Assembly: GCA_964016885.1 (NCBI GenBank)
Contig: OZ024752.1
Coordinates: forward strand, 20,522,001-20,586,000
DNA length: 64,000 bases
Source of the DNA: Eledone cirrhosa
Taxonomy: Eukaryota
Reading direction: 5' to 3'
The translations under genes were made by a program, and so were the position numbers. Under the pieces are notes generated by a model that had not been told where the DNA came from, searched no databases, and saw only the letters and a list, made by a program, of their open reading frames with translations. This document shows, piece after piece, positions 15,001-30,000 of the stretch. The first letter of the stretch is position 1; every line of letters begins with the position of its first letter.

Positions 15001-18000
15001 CGCCCATATGTGGCCAGAATTCTCTCACCCCTTTCTCTTCAAACCTGCCATATCCAGCCAGAATTCTCTCACCTCTTTCTCTTAAAACCTGCCATATCCA
15101 GCCAGAATTCTCTCACCTCTTTCTCTTAAAACCTGCCATATCTTGCTAGAATTCTCTCACGTCTTTCTCTTAAAACCTGCCATATCTGGCCAGAATTCTC
15201 TCACCTCTTTCTCTTCAAACCAGTCATATCCAGCCAGATGTCTCTCACTTCTTTCTCTTCAAACCTGCCATATTTGGCCAGAATTCTCTAGCCTCTTTCT
15301 CTTCAAACCAGTCATACCCAGCCAGAACTCTTTCAGCCCTTTTCTTCAAACCTGTCATATCTGGCCAGAATTCTCTCACCTCTTTCTCTTCAAACCAATC
15401 ATACCCAGCCAGAATACTTTCAACCCTTTCTCTTCAAACCAGTCTTCTCCAGCCAGAATTCTCTCACCCCTTTCTCTTCAAACCTGCCATATCTGACCAG
15501 ATTTCTCTCACCTCTTTCTCTTCAAACTTGCCCTATCCAGCCAGAATTCTCTCACCTCTTTCTCTTCACCCCGGCCATATCTGGCCAAAATTCTCTCATC
15601 TCTTTCTGTTCAAACCGGCCACATCCAGCCAGAATTCTCTCACCTCTTTCTCTTCAAACCAGCCATATCTGGCCAGAATTCTCTCACCCCTTTCTCTTCA
15701 AACCAGCCATATCTGACCAGATTTCTCTCACCTCTTTCTCTTCAAACTTGCCCTATCCAGCCAGAATTCTCTCACCTCTTTCTCTTCACCCCGGCCATAT
15801 CTGGCCAAAATTCTCTCATCTCTTTCTGTTCAAACCGGCCACATCCAGCCAGAATTCTCTCACCTCTTTCTCTTCAAACCAGTCATATCTGGCCAGAATT
15901 CTCTCACCTCTTTCTCTTCAAACCAGCCATATCCAGCCAGAATTCTCTCACGTCTTTCTCTTCAAACCTGCCATATCAAGCCAGAATTCTCTCACCACTT
16001 TCTATTCAAACCTGCCATATCTGGCCAGAATTCTCTCACCTCTTTCTCTTCAAACCATTCATATCCAGCCAGTATTCTCTCACCTCTTTCTCTTCAAACC
16101 AGCCATATCTGGCCAGAATTCTCTCACCTCTTTCTCTTCAAACCTGCCATATCCAGCCAGAATTCTCTCACCTCTTTCTCTTAAAACCTGCCATATCTTG
16201 CCAGAATTCTCTCACCTCTTTCTCTTCAAACCAGCCATATCTGGCCAGAATTCTCTCACCTCTTTCTCTTCAAACCTGCCATATCCAGCCAGAATTCTCT
16301 CACCACTTTCTATTCAAACCTGCCATATCTGGCCAGAATTCTCTCACCTATTTCTCTTCAAACCATTCATATCCAGCCAGTATTCTCTCACCTCTTTCTC
16401 TTCAAACCAGCCATATCTGGCCAGAATTCTCTCACCTCTTTCTCTTCAAACCTGCCATATCCAGCCAGAATTCTCTCACCTCTTTCTCTTCAAACCTGTC
16501 ATATCTGGCCAGAATTCTCTCAACTCTTTCTCTTCAAACCAGTCATACCCAGCCAGAATACTTTCACCCCTTTCTCTTCAAACCAGTCATATCCAGCCAG
16601 ATGTCTCTCACTTCTTTCTCTTCAAACCTGCCATATCTGGCCAGAATTCTCTAGCCTCTTTCTCTTCAAACCAGTCATACCCAGTCAGAACTCTTTCACC
16701 CCTTTCTCTTCAAACCTGTCATATCTGGCCAGAATTCTCACAACTCTTTCTCTTCAAACCAGTCATACCCAGCCAGAATACTTTCACCCCTTTCTCTTCA
16801 AACCAGTCATATCCAGCCAGATGTCTCTCACTTCTTTCTCTTCAAACCTGCCATATCTGGCCAGAATTCTCTAGCCTCTTTCTCTTCAAACCAGTCATAC
16901 CCAGCCAGAACTCTTTCACCCCTTTCTCTTCAAACCTGTCATATCTGGCCAGAATTCTCTCACCTCTTTCTCTTCAAACCAGCCATATCTGGCCAGAATT
17001 CTCTCACGTCTTTCTCTTGAAACCATTCATATGCAGCCAGTATACTCTGACCTCTTCTCTTCAAACCGGCCATATCCAACCAGAATTCTCTCACATCTTT
17101 CTCGTCAAACCAGCCATATCTGGCCAGAATTCTCTTACCTCTTTCTCTTCAAACCTGCCATATCTGGCCAGAATTCTCTCACCTTTTTCTCTTGAAACCA
17201 TTCATATGCAGCCAGTATACTCTGACCTCTTCTCTTCAAACCGGCCATATCCAACCAGAATTCTCTCACATCTTTCTCGTCAAACCAGCCATATCTGGCC
17301 AGAATTCTCTTACCTCTTTCTCTTCAAACCTGCCATATCTGGCCAGAATTCTCTTACCTCTTTCTCTTCAAACCTGCCATATCCAGCCAGTATTCTCTGA
17401 CCTCTTCTCTTCAAACTGGACATATGCAACCAGAATTCTCTCACATCTTTCTCTTCAAACCAGCCATATCTGGCCAGAATTCTCTCACATCTTTCTCTTC
17501 AAACTTGCCATATCTGGCCAGATTTCTCTCACCTCTTTCTCTTCAAATCAGTCATATCCAGCCTGATTTATTTCACTTCTTTCCCTTCAAACCTGTCATA
17601 TCTCGGCAGAAGTCTCTTACCTCCTTCTCTTCAAACCAACCATATCTGGTCAGAATTCTCTCACCTCTTTCTCTTCAAACCTCCCATATATGTGCCAGAA
17701 TTCTCTCACCTCTTTCTCTCCAAACCAGCCATATCTGGCCAGAATTCTCTCACCCCTTTCTCTTCAAACCAGCCATATCTGACCAGATTTCTCTCACCTC
17801 TTTCTCTTCAAACTTGCCCTATCCAGCCAGAATTCTCTCACCTCTTTCTCTTCACCCCGGCCATATCTGGCCAAAATTCTCTCATCTCTTTCTGTTCAAA
17901 CCGGCCACATCCAGCCAGAATTCTCTCACCTCTTTCTCTTCAAACCAGTCATATCTGGCCAGAATTCTCTCACCTCTTTCTCTTCAAACCAGCCATATCC

Positions 18001-21000
18001 AGCCAGAATTCTCTCACGTCTTTCTCTTCAAACCTGCCATATCAAGCCAGAATTCTCTCACCACTTTCTATTCAAACCTGCCATATCTGGCCAGAATTCT
18101 CTCACCTCTTTCTCTTCAAACCATTCATATCCAGCCAGTATTCTCTCACCTCTTTCTCTTCAAACCAGCCATATCTGGCCAGAATTCTCTCACCTCTTTC
18201 TCTTCAAACCTGCCATATCCAGCCAGAATTCTCTCACCTCTTTCTCTTAAAACCTGCCATATCTTGCCAGAATTCTCTCACCTCTTTCTCTTCAAACCAG
18301 CCTATCTGGCCAGAATTCTCTCACCTCTTTCTCTTCAAACCTGCCATATCCAGCCAGAATTCTCTCACCACTTTCTATTCAAACCTGCCATATCTGGCCA
18401 GAATTCTCTCACCTATTTCTCTTCAAACCATTCATATCCAGCCAGTATTCTCTCACCTCTTTCTCTTCAAACCAGCCATATCTGGCCAGAATTCTCTCAC
18501 CTCTTTCTCTTCAAACCTGCCATATCCAGCCAGAATTCTCTCACCTCTTTCTCTTCAAACCTGTCATATCTGGCCAGAATTCTCTCAACTCTTTCTCTTC
18601 AAACCAGTCATACCCAGCCAGAATACTTTCACCCCTTTCTCTTCAAACCAGTCATATCCAGCCAGATGTCTCTCACTTCTTTCTCTTCAAACCTGCCATA
18701 TCTGGCAAGAATTCTCTAGCCTCTTTCTCTTCAAACCAGTCATACCCAGCCAGAACTCTTTCACCCCTTTCTCTTCAAACCTGTCATATCTGGCCAGAAT
18801 TCTCACAACTCTTTCTCTTCAAACCAGTCATACCCAGCCAGAATACTTTCACCCCTTTCTCTTCAAACCAGTCATATCCAGCCAGATGTCTCGCACTTCT
18901 TTCTCTTCAAACCTGCCATATCTGGCCAGAATTCTCTAGCCTCTTTCTCTTCAAACCAGTCATACCCAGCCAGAACTCTTTCACCCCTTTCTCTTCAAAC
19001 CTGTCATATCTGGCCAGAATTCTCTCACCTCTTTCTCTTCAAACCAGCCATATCTGGCCAGAATTCTCTCACGTCTTTCTCTTGAAACCATTCATATGCA
19101 GCCAGTATACTCTGACCTCTTCTCTTCAAACCGGCCATATCCAACCAGAATTCTCTCACATCTTTCTCGTCAAACCAGCCATATCTGGCCAAAATTTTCT
19201 TACCTCTTTCTCTTCAAACCAGCCATATCTGGCCAGAATTCTCTTACCTCTTTCTCTTCAAACCTGCCATATCTGGTCAGAATTCTCTTACCTCTTTCTC
19301 TTCAAACCTGCCATATCTGGCCAGAATTCTCTCACCTCTTTCTCTTGAAACCATTCATATGCAGCCAGTATACTCTGACCTCTTCTCTTCAAACCGGCCA
19401 TATCCAACCAGAATTCTCTCACATCTTTCTCGTCAAACCAGCCATATCTGGCCAGAATTCTCTTACCTCTTTCTCTTCAAACCTGCCATATCTGGCCAGA
19501 ATTCTCTTACCTCTTTCTCTTCAAACCTGCCATATCCAGCCAGTATTCTCTGACCTCTTCTCTTCAAACTGGACATATGCAACCAGAATTCTCTAACATC
19601 TTTCTCTTCAAACCAGCCATATCTGGCCAGAATTCTCTCACATCTTTCTCTTGAAACTTGCCATATCTGGCCAGATTTCTCTCACCTCTTTCTCTTCAAA
19701 TCAGTCATATCCAGCCTGATTTATTTCACTTCTTTCCCTTCAAACCTGTCATATCTGGCCAGAATTCTCTTACCTCCTTCTCTTCAAACCAACCATATCT
19801 GGTCAGAATTCTCTCACCTCTTTCTCTTCAACCCTCCCATATATGTGCCAGAATTCTGTCACCTCTTTCTCTTCAAACCAGCCATATCCAGCCAGAATTC
19901 TCTCACGTCTTTCTCTTCAAACCTGCCATATCAAGCCAGAATTCTCTCACCACTTTCTATTCAAACCTGCCATATCTGGCCAGAATTCTCTCACCTATTT
20001 CTCTTCAAACCATTCATATCCAGCCAGTATTCTCTCACCTCTTTCTCTTCAAACCAGCCATATCTGGCCAGAATTCTCTCACCTCTTTCTCTTCAAACCT
20101 GCCATATCCAGCCAGAATTCTCTCACCTCTTTCTCTTAAAACCTGCCATATCTTGCCAGAATTCTCTCACCTCTTTCTCTTAAAACCTGCCATATCTGGC
20201 CAGAATTCTCTCACCTCTTTCTCTTCAAACCAGTCATATCCAGCCAGATGTCTCTCACTTCTTTCTCTTCAAACCTGCGATATTTGGCCAGAATTCTCTA
20301 GCCTCTTTCTCTTCAAACCAGTCATACCCAGCCAGAACTCTTTCAGACCTTTCTCTTCAAACCTGTCATATCTGGCCAGAATTCTCTCACCTCTTTCTCT
20401 TCAAACCAGTCATACCCAGCCAGAATACTTTCACCCCTTTCTCTTCAAACCAGTCTTATCCAGCCAGAATTCTCTCACCTCTTTCTCTTCACACCTGCCA
20501 TATTTGGCCAGAATTTTCTCACCTTTTTCTTTCCAAACCGCCCATATGTGGCCAGAATTCTCTCACCCCTTTCTCTTCAAACTAGTCATATCCAGTCAGA
20601 ATTCTCTCACCCCTTTCTCTTCAAACCTGCTATATCTGACCAGATTTCTCTCACCTCTTTCTCTTCAAACCTGCCCTATCCAGCCAGAATTCTCTCACCT
20701 CTTTCTCTTCACCCCGGCCATATCTGGCCAAAATTCTCTCGTCTCTTTCTGTTCAAACCGGCCACATCCAGCCAGAATTCTCTCACCTCTTTCTCTTCAA
20801 ACCAGTCATATCTGGCCAGAATTCTCTCACCTCTTTCTCTTCAAACCAGCCATATCTGGCCAGAATTCTCTCACCTCTTTCTCTTCAAAGCTGCCATATC
20901 TGGCCAGATTTCTTTCACCTCTTTCTCTTCAAATCAGTCATATCCAGCCTGATTTATTTCACCTCTTTCTCTTCACCCCGGCCATATCTGGCCAAAATTC

Positions 21001-24000
21001 TCTCATCTCTTTCTGTTCAAACCGGCCACATCCAGCCAGAATTCTCTCACCTCTTTCTCTTCAAACCAGTCATATCTGGCCAGAATTCTCTCACCTCTTT
21101 CTCTTCAAACCAGCCATATCCAGCCAGAATTCTCTCACCTCTTTCTCTTCAAACCTGCCATATCCAGCCAGAATTCTCTCACCTCTTTCTCTTAAAACCT
21201 GCCATATCTGGCCAGAATTCTCTCACCTCTTTCTCTTAAAACCTGCCATATCTGGCCAGAATTCTCTCACCTCTTTCTCTTAAAACCTGCCATATCCAGC
21301 CAGAATTCTCTCACCTCTTTCTCTTAAAACCTGCCATATCTTGCCAGAATTCTCTCACCTCTTTCTCTTAAAACCTGCCATATCTGGCCAGAATTCTCTC
21401 ACCTCTTTCTCTTCAAACCAGTCATATCCAGCCAGATGTCTCTCACTTCTTTCTCTTCAAACCTGCCATATTTGGCCAGAATTCTCTAGCCTCTTTCTCT
21501 TCAAACCAGTCATACCCAGCCAGAACTCTTTCAGCCCTTTCTCTTCAAACCTGTCATATCTGGCCAGAATTCTCTCACCTCTTTCTCTTCAAACCAGTCA
21601 TACCCAGCCAGAATACTTTCACCCCTTTCTCTTCAAACCAGTCTTATCCAGCCAGAATTCTCTCACCTCTTTCTCTTCACACCTGCCATATTTGGCCAGA
21701 ATTTTCTCACCTTTTTCTTTCCAAACCGCCCATATGTGGCCAGAATTCTCTCACCCCTTTCTCTTCAAACTAGTCATATCCAGCCAGAATTCTCTCACCC
21801 CTTTCTCTTCAAACCAGTCATATCTGGCCAGAATTCTCTCACCGCTTTCTCTTCAAACTTGCCATATCCAGCCAGAATTCTCTCACCTCTTTCTCTTCAC
21901 CCCGGCCATATCTGGCCAAAATTCTCTCATCTCTTTCTGTTCAAACCGGCCACATCCAGCCAGAATTCTCTCACCTCTTTCTCTTCAAACCAGTCATATC
22001 TGGCCAGAATTCTCTCACCTCTTTCTCTTCAAACCAGCCATATCCAGCCAGAATTCTCTCACGTCTTTCTCTTCAAACCTGCCATATCAAGCCAGAATTC
22101 TCTCACCACTTTCTATTCAAACCTGCCATATCTGGCCAGAATTCTCTCACTTCTTTCTCTTCAAACCATTCATATCCAGCCAGAATTCTCTCACCTCTTT
22201 CTCTTAAAACCTGCCATATCTTGCCAGAATTCTCTCACCTCTTTCTCTTAAAACCTGCCCTATTTGGCCAGAATTCTCTCACCTCTTTCTCTTCAAACCA
22301 TTCATATCCAGCCAGTATTCTCTCACCTCTTTCTCTTCAAACCAGCCATATCTGGCCAGAATTCTCTCACCTCTTTCTCTTCAAACCAGTCATATCCAGC
22401 CAGATGTCTCTCACTTCTTTCTCTTCAAACCTGCCATATTTGGCCAGAATTCTCTAGCCTCTTTCTGTTCAAACCGGCCACATCCAGCCAGAATTCTCTC
22501 ACCTCTTTCTCTTCAAACCAGCCATATCTGGCCAGAATTCTCTTACCTCTTTCTCTTCAAACCTGCCATATCCAGCCAGTATTCTCTGACCTCTTCTCTT
22601 CAAACTGGCCATATGCAACCAGAATTCTCTCACCTCTTTCTCTTCACACCGGCCATATCTGGCCAGAATTCTCTCACCCCTTTCTCTTCAAACCAGCCAT
22701 ATCCAGCCAGAATTCTCTCACCTCTTTCTCTTCAAACCTGTCATATCTGGCCAGAATTCTCTTACCTCCTTCTCTTCAAACCAACCATATCTGGTCAGAA
22801 TTCTCTCACCTCTTTCTCTTAAAACCTGCCATATCTTGCCAGAATTCTCTCACCTCTTTCTCTTAAAACCTGCCATATCTGGCCAGAATTCTGTCACCTC
22901 TTTCTCTTCAAACCAGTCATATCCAGCCAGATGTCTCTCACTTCTTTCTCTTCAAACCTGCCATATTTGGCCAGAATTCTCTAGCCTCTTTCTGTTCAAA
23001 CCGGCCACATCCAGCCAGAATTCTCTCACCTCTTTCTCTTCAAACCAGCCATATCTGGCCAGAATTCTCTCACCTCTTTCTCTTCAAACTTGCCATATCT
23101 GGCCAGAATTCTCTCACCTCTTTCTCTTCAAACCAGCCATATCAGGCCAGAATTCTCTCACCTCTTTCTCTTCAAACCTGCCACATCCAGCCAGAATTCT
23201 CTCACCTCTTTCTCTTCAAACCAGCCATATCTGGCCAGAATTCTCTCACCCCTTTCTCTTCAAACCAGCCATATCTGACCAGATTTCTCTCACCTCTTTC
23301 TCTTCAAACTTGCTCTATCCAGCCAGAATTCTCTCACCTCTTTCTCTTCACCCCGGCCATATCTGGCCAAAATTCTCTCATCTCTTTCTGTTCAAACCGG
23401 CCACATCCAGCCAGAATTCTCTCACCTCTTTCTCTTCAAACCAGCCATATCTGGCCAGAATTCTCTCACCTCTTTCTCTTCAAACCAGTCATATCTGGCC
23501 AGAATTCTCTCACCTCTTTCTCTTCAAACCAGCCATATCCAGCCAGAATTCTCTCACGTCTTTCTCTTCAAACCTGCCATATCAAGCCAGAATTCTCTCA
23601 CCACTTTCTATTCAAACCTGCCATATCTGGCCAGAATTCTCTCACCTCTTTCTCTTCAAACCATTCATATCCAGCCAGTATTCTCTCACCTCTTTCGTTT
23701 CAAACCAGCCATATCTGGCCAGAATTCTCTCACCTCTTTCTCTTCAAACCTGCCATATCCAGCCAGAATTCTCTCACCCCTTTCTCTTCAAACCAGTCAT
23801 ATCCAGCCAGATGTCTCTCACTTCTTTCTCTTCAAACCTGCCATATCTGGCCAGAATTCTCTCAACTCTTTCTCTTCAAACCAGTCATACCCAGCCAGAA
23901 TACTTTCACCCCTTTCTCTTCAAACCAGTCATATCCAGCCAGATGTCTCTCACTTCTTTCTCTTCAAACCTGCCATATCTGGCCAGAATTCTCTAGCCTC

Positions 24001-27000
24001 TTTCTCTTCAAACCAGTCATACCCAGCCAGAACTCTTTCACCCCTTTCTCTTCAAACCTGTCATATCTGGCCAGAATTCTCTCAACTCTTTCTCTTCAAA
24101 CCAGTCATACCCAGCCAGAATACTTTCACCCCTTTCTCTTCAAACCAGTCATATCCAGCCAGATGTCTCTCACTTCTTTCTCTTCAAACCTGCCATATCT
24201 GGCCAGAATTCTCTAGCCTCTTTCTCTTCAAACCAGTCATACCCAGCCAGAACTCTTTCACCCCTTTCTCTTCAAACCTGTCATATCTGGCCAGAATTCT
24301 CTCACCTCTTTCTCTTCAAACCAGCCATATCTGGCCAGAATTCTCTCACGTCTTTCTCTTGAAACCATTCATATGCAGCCAGTATACTCTGACCTCTTCT
24401 CTTCAAACCGGCCATATCCAACCAGAATTCTCTCACATCTTTCTCGTCAAACCAGCCATATCTGGCCAGAATTCTCTTACCTCTTTCTCTTCAAACCAGC
24501 CATATCTGGCCAGAATTCTATTACCTCTTTCTCTTCAAACCTGCCATATCTGGCCAGAATTCTCTTACCTCTTTCTCTTCAAACCTGCCATATCTGGCCA
24601 GAATTCTCTCACCTCTTTCTCTTGAAACCATTCATATGCAGCCAGTATACTCTGACCTCTTCTCTTTAAACCGGCCATATCCAACCAGAATTCTCTCACA
24701 TCTTTCTCGTCAAACCAGCCATATCTGGCCAGAATTCTCTTACCTCTTTCTCTTCAAACATGCCATATCTGGCCATAATTCTCTTACCTCTTTCTCTTCA
24801 AACCTGCCATATCCAGCCAGTATTCTCTGACCTCTTCTCTTCAAACTGGCCATATGCAACCAGAATTCTCTCACATCTTTCTCTTCAAACTTGCCATATC
24901 TGGCCAGATTTCTCTCACCTCTTTCTCTTCAAATCAGTCATATCCAGCCTGATTTATTTCACTTCTTTCCCTTCAAACCTGTCATATCTGGCCAGAATTC
25001 TCTTACCTCCTTCTCTTCAAACCAACCATATCTGGTCAGAATTCTCTCACCTCTTTCTCTTCAACCCTCCCATATATGTGCCAGAATTCTTTCACCTCTT
25101 TCTCTTCAAACCAGCCATATCCAGCCAGAATTCTCTCATGTCTTTCTCTTCAAACCTGCCATATCAAGCCAGAATTCTCTCACCACTTTCTATTCAAACC
25201 TGCCATATCTGGCCAGAATTCTCTCACCTCTTTCTCTTCAAACCTGCCATATCCAGCCAGAATTCTCTCACCTCTTTCTCTTAAAACCTTCCATATCTTG
25301 CCAGAATTCTCTCACCTCTTTCTCTTAAAACCTGCCATATCTGGCCAGAATTCTCTCACCTCTTTCTCTTCAAACCAGTCATATCCAGCCAGATGTCTCT
25401 CACTTCTTTCTCTTCAAACCTGCCATATTTGGCCAGAATTCTCTAGCCTCTTTCTCTTCAAACCAGTCATACCCAGCCAGAACTCTTTCAGACCTTTCTC
25501 TTCAAACCTGTCATATCTGGCCAGAATTCTCTCACCTCTTTCTCTTCAAACCAGTCATACCCAGCCAGAATACTTTCACCCCTTTCTCTTCAAACCAGTC
25601 TTATCCAGCCAGAATTCTCTCACCTCTTTCTCTTCACACCTGCCATATTTGGCCAGAATTTTCTCACCTTTTTCTTTCCAAACCGCCCATATGTGGCCAG
25701 AATTCTCTCACCCCTTTCTCTTCAAACTAGTCATATCCAGTCAGAATTCTCTCACCCCTTTCTCTTCAAACCTGCTATATCTGACCAGATTTCTCTCACC
25801 TCTTTCTCTTCAAACCTGCCCTATCCAGCCAGAATTCTCTCACCTCTTTCTCTTCACCCCGGCCATATCTGGCCAAAATTCTCTCGTCTCTTTCTGTTCA
25901 AACCGGCCACATCCAGCCAGAATTCTCTCACCTCTTTCTCTTCAAACCAGTCATATCTGGCCAGAATTCTCTCACCTCTTTCTCTTCAAACCAGCCATAT
26001 CTGGCCAGAATTCTCTCACCTCTTTCTCTTCAAAGCTGCCATATCTGGCCAGATTTCTTTCACCTCTTTCTCTTCAAATCAGTCATATCCAGCCTGATTT
26101 ATTTCACCTCTTTCTCTTCACCCCGGCCATATCTGGCCAAAATTCTCTCATCTCTTTCTGTTCAAACCGGCCACATCCAGCCAGAATTCTCTCACCTCTT
26201 TCTCTTAAAACCTGCCATATCTGGCCAGAATTCTCTCACCTCTTTCTCTTAAAACCTGCCATATCTGGCCAGAATTCTCTCACCTCTTTCTCTTAAAACC
26301 TGCCATATCCAGCCAGAATTCTCTCACCTCTTTCTCTTAAAACCTGCCATATCTTGCCAGAATTCTCTCACCTCTTTCTCTTAAAACCTGCCATATCTGG
26401 CCAGAATTCTCTCACCTCTTTCTCTTCAAACCAGTCATATCCAGCCAGATGTCTCTCACTTCTTTCTCTTCAAACCTGCCATATTTGGCCAGAATTCTCT
26501 AGCCTCTTTCTCTTCAAACCAGTCATACCCAGCCAGAACTCTTTCAGCCCTTTCTCTTCAAACCTGTCATATCTGGCCAGAATTCTCTCACCTCTTTCTC
26601 TTCAAACCAGTCATACCCAGCCAGAATACTTTCACCCCTTTCTCTTCAAACCAGTCTTATCCAGCCAGAATTCTCTCACCTCTTTCTCTTCACACCTGCC
26701 ATATTTGGCCAGAATTTTCTCACCTTTTTCTTTCCAAACCGCCCATATGTGGCCAGAATTCTCTCACCCCTTTCTCTTCAAACTAGTCATATCCAGCCAG
26801 AATTCTCTCACCCCTTTCTCTTCAAACCAGTCATATCTGGCCAGAATTCTCTCACCGCTTTCTCTTCAAACTTGCCATATCCAGCCAGAATTCTCTCACC
26901 TCTTTCTCTTCACCCCGGCCATATCTGGCCAAAATTCTCTCATCTCTTTCTGTTCAAACCGGCCACATCCAGCCAGAATTCTCTCACCTCTTTCTCTTCA

Positions 27001-30000
27001 AACCAGTCATATCTGGCCAGAATTCTCTCACCTCTTTCTCTTCAAACCAGCCATATCCAGCCAGAATTCTCTCACGTCTTTCTCTTCAAACCTGCCATAT
27101 CAAGCCAGAATTCTCTCACCACTTTCTATTCAAACCTGCCATATCTGGCCAGAATTCTCTCACCTCTTTCTCTTCAAACCATTCATATCCAGCCAGAATT
27201 CTCTCACCTCTTTCTCTTAAAACCTGCCATATCTTGCCAGAATTCTCTCACCTCTTTCTCTTAAAACCTGCCCTATTTGGCCAGAATTCTCTCACCTCTT
27301 TCTCTTCAAACCATTCATATCCAGCCAGTATTCTCTCACCTCTTTCTCTTCAAACCAGCCATATCTGGCCAGAATTCTCTCACCTCTTTCTCTTCAAACC
27401 AGTCATATCCAGCCAGATGTCTCTCACTTCTTTCTCTTCAAACCTGCCATATTTGGCCAGAATTCTCTAGCCTCTTTCTGTTCAAACCGGCCACATCCAG
27501 CCAGAATTCTCTCACCTCTTTCTCTTCAAACCAGCCATATCTGGCCAGAATTCTCTTACCTCTTTCTCTTCAAACCTGCCATATCCAGCCAGTATTTTCT
27601 GACCTCTTCTCTTCAAACTGGCCATATGCAACCAGAATTCTCTCACCTCTTTCTCTTCACACCGGCCATATCTGGCCAGAATTCTCTCACCCCTTTCTCT
27701 TCAAACCAGCCATATCCAGCCAGAATTCTCTCACCTCTTTCTCTTCAAACCTGTCATATCTGGCCAGAATTCTCTTACCTCCTTCTCTTCAAACCAACCA
27801 TATCTGGTCAGAATTCTCTCACCTCTTTCTCTTAAAACCTGCCATATCTTGCCAGAATTCTCTCACCTCTTTCTCTTAAAACCTGCCATATCTGGCCAGA
27901 ATTCTGTCACCTCTTTCTCTTCAAACCAGTCATATCCAGCCAGATGTCTCTCACTTCTTTCTCTTCAAACCTGCCATATTTGGCCAGAATTCTCTAGCCT
28001 CTTTCTGTTCAAACCGGCCACATCCAGCCAGAATTCTCTCACCTCTTTCTCTTCAAACCAGCCATATCTGGCCAGAATTCTCTCACCTCTTTCTCTTCAA
28101 ACTTGCCATATCTGGCCAGAATTCTCTCACCTCTTTCTCTTCAAACCAGCCATATCAGGCCAGAATTCTCTCACCTCTTTCTCTTCAAACCTGCCACATC
28201 CAGCCAGAATTCTCTCACCTCTTTCTCTTCAAACCAGCCATATCTGGCCAGAATTCTCTCACCCCTTTCTCTTCAAACCAGCCATATCTGACCAGATTTC
28301 TCTCACCTCTTTCTCTTCAAACTTGCTCTATCCAGCCAGAATTCTCTCACCTCTTTCTCTTCACCCCGGCCATATCTGGCCAAAATTCTCTCATCTCTTT
28401 CTGTTCAAACCGGCCACATCCAGCCAGAATTCTCTCACCTCTTTCTCTTCAAACCAGCCATATCTGGCCAGAATTCTCTCACCTCTTTCTCTTCAAACCA
28501 GTCATATCTGGCCAGAATTCTCTCACCTCTTTCTCTTCAAACCAGCCATATCCAGCCAGAATTCTCTCACGTCTTTCTCTTCAAACCTGCCATATCAAGC
28601 CAGAATTCTCTCACCACTTTCTATTCAAACCTGCCATATCTGGCCAGAATTCTCTCACCTCTTTCTCTTCAAACCATTCATATCCAGCCAGTATTCTCTC
28701 ACCTCTTTCGTTTCAAACCAGCCATATCTGGCCAGAATTCTCTCACCTCTTTCTCTTCAAACCTGCCATATCCAGCCAGAATTCTCTCACCCCTTTCTCT
28801 TCAAACCAGTCATATCCAGCCAGATGTCTCTCACTTCTTTCTCTTCAAACCTGCCATATCTGGCCAGAATTCTCTCAACTCTTTCTCTTCAAACCAGTCA
28901 TACCCAGCCAGAATACTTTCACCCCTTTCTCTTCAAACCAGTCATATCCAGCCAGATGTCTCTCACTTCTTTCTCTTCAAACCTGCCATATCTGGCCAGA
29001 ATTCTCTAGCCTCTTTCTCTTCAAACCAGTCATACCCAGCCAGAACTCTTTCACCCCTTTCTCTTCAAACCTGTCATATCTGGCCAGAATTCTCTCAACT
29101 CTTTCTCTTCAAACCAGTCATACCCAGCCAGAATACTTTCACCCCTTTCTCTTCAAACCAGTCATATCCAGCCAGATGTCTCTCACTTCTTTCTCTTCAA
29201 ACCTGCCATATCTGGCCAGAATTCTCTAGCCTCTTTCTCTTCAAACCAGTCATACCCAGCCAGAACTCTTTCACCCCTTTCTCTTCAAACCTGTCATATC
29301 TGGCCAGAATTCTCTCACCTCTTTCTCTTCAAACCAGCCATATCTGGCCAGAATTCTCTCACGTCTTTCTCTTGAAACCATTCATATGCAGCCAGTATAC
29401 TCTGACCTCTTCTCTTCAAACCGGCCATATCCAACCAGAATTCTCTCACATCTTTCTCGTCAAACCAGCCATATCTGGCCAGAATTCTCTTACCTCTTTC
29501 TCTTCAAACCAGCCATATCTGGCCAGAATTCTATTACCTCTTTCTCTTCAAACCTGCCATATCTGGCCAGAATTCTCTTACCTCTTTCTCTTCAAACCTG
29601 CCATATCTGGCCAGAATTCTCTCACCTCTTTCTCTTGAAACCATTCATATGCAGCCAGTATACTCTGACCTCTTCTCTTTAAACCGGCCATATCCAACCA
29701 GAATTCTCTCACATCTTTCTCGTCAAACCAGCCATATCTGGCCAGAATTCTCTTACCTCTTTCTCTTCAAACATGCCATATCTGGCCATAATTCTCTTAC
29801 CTCTTTCTCTTCAAACCTGCCATATCCAGCCAGTATTCTCTGACCTCTTCTCTTCAAACTGGCCATATGCAACCAGAATTCTCTCACATCTTTCTCTTCA
29901 AACTTGCCATATCTGGCCAGATTTCTCTCACCTCTTTCTCTTCAAATCAGTCATATCCAGCCTGATTTATTTCACTTCTTTCCCTTCAAACCTGTCATAT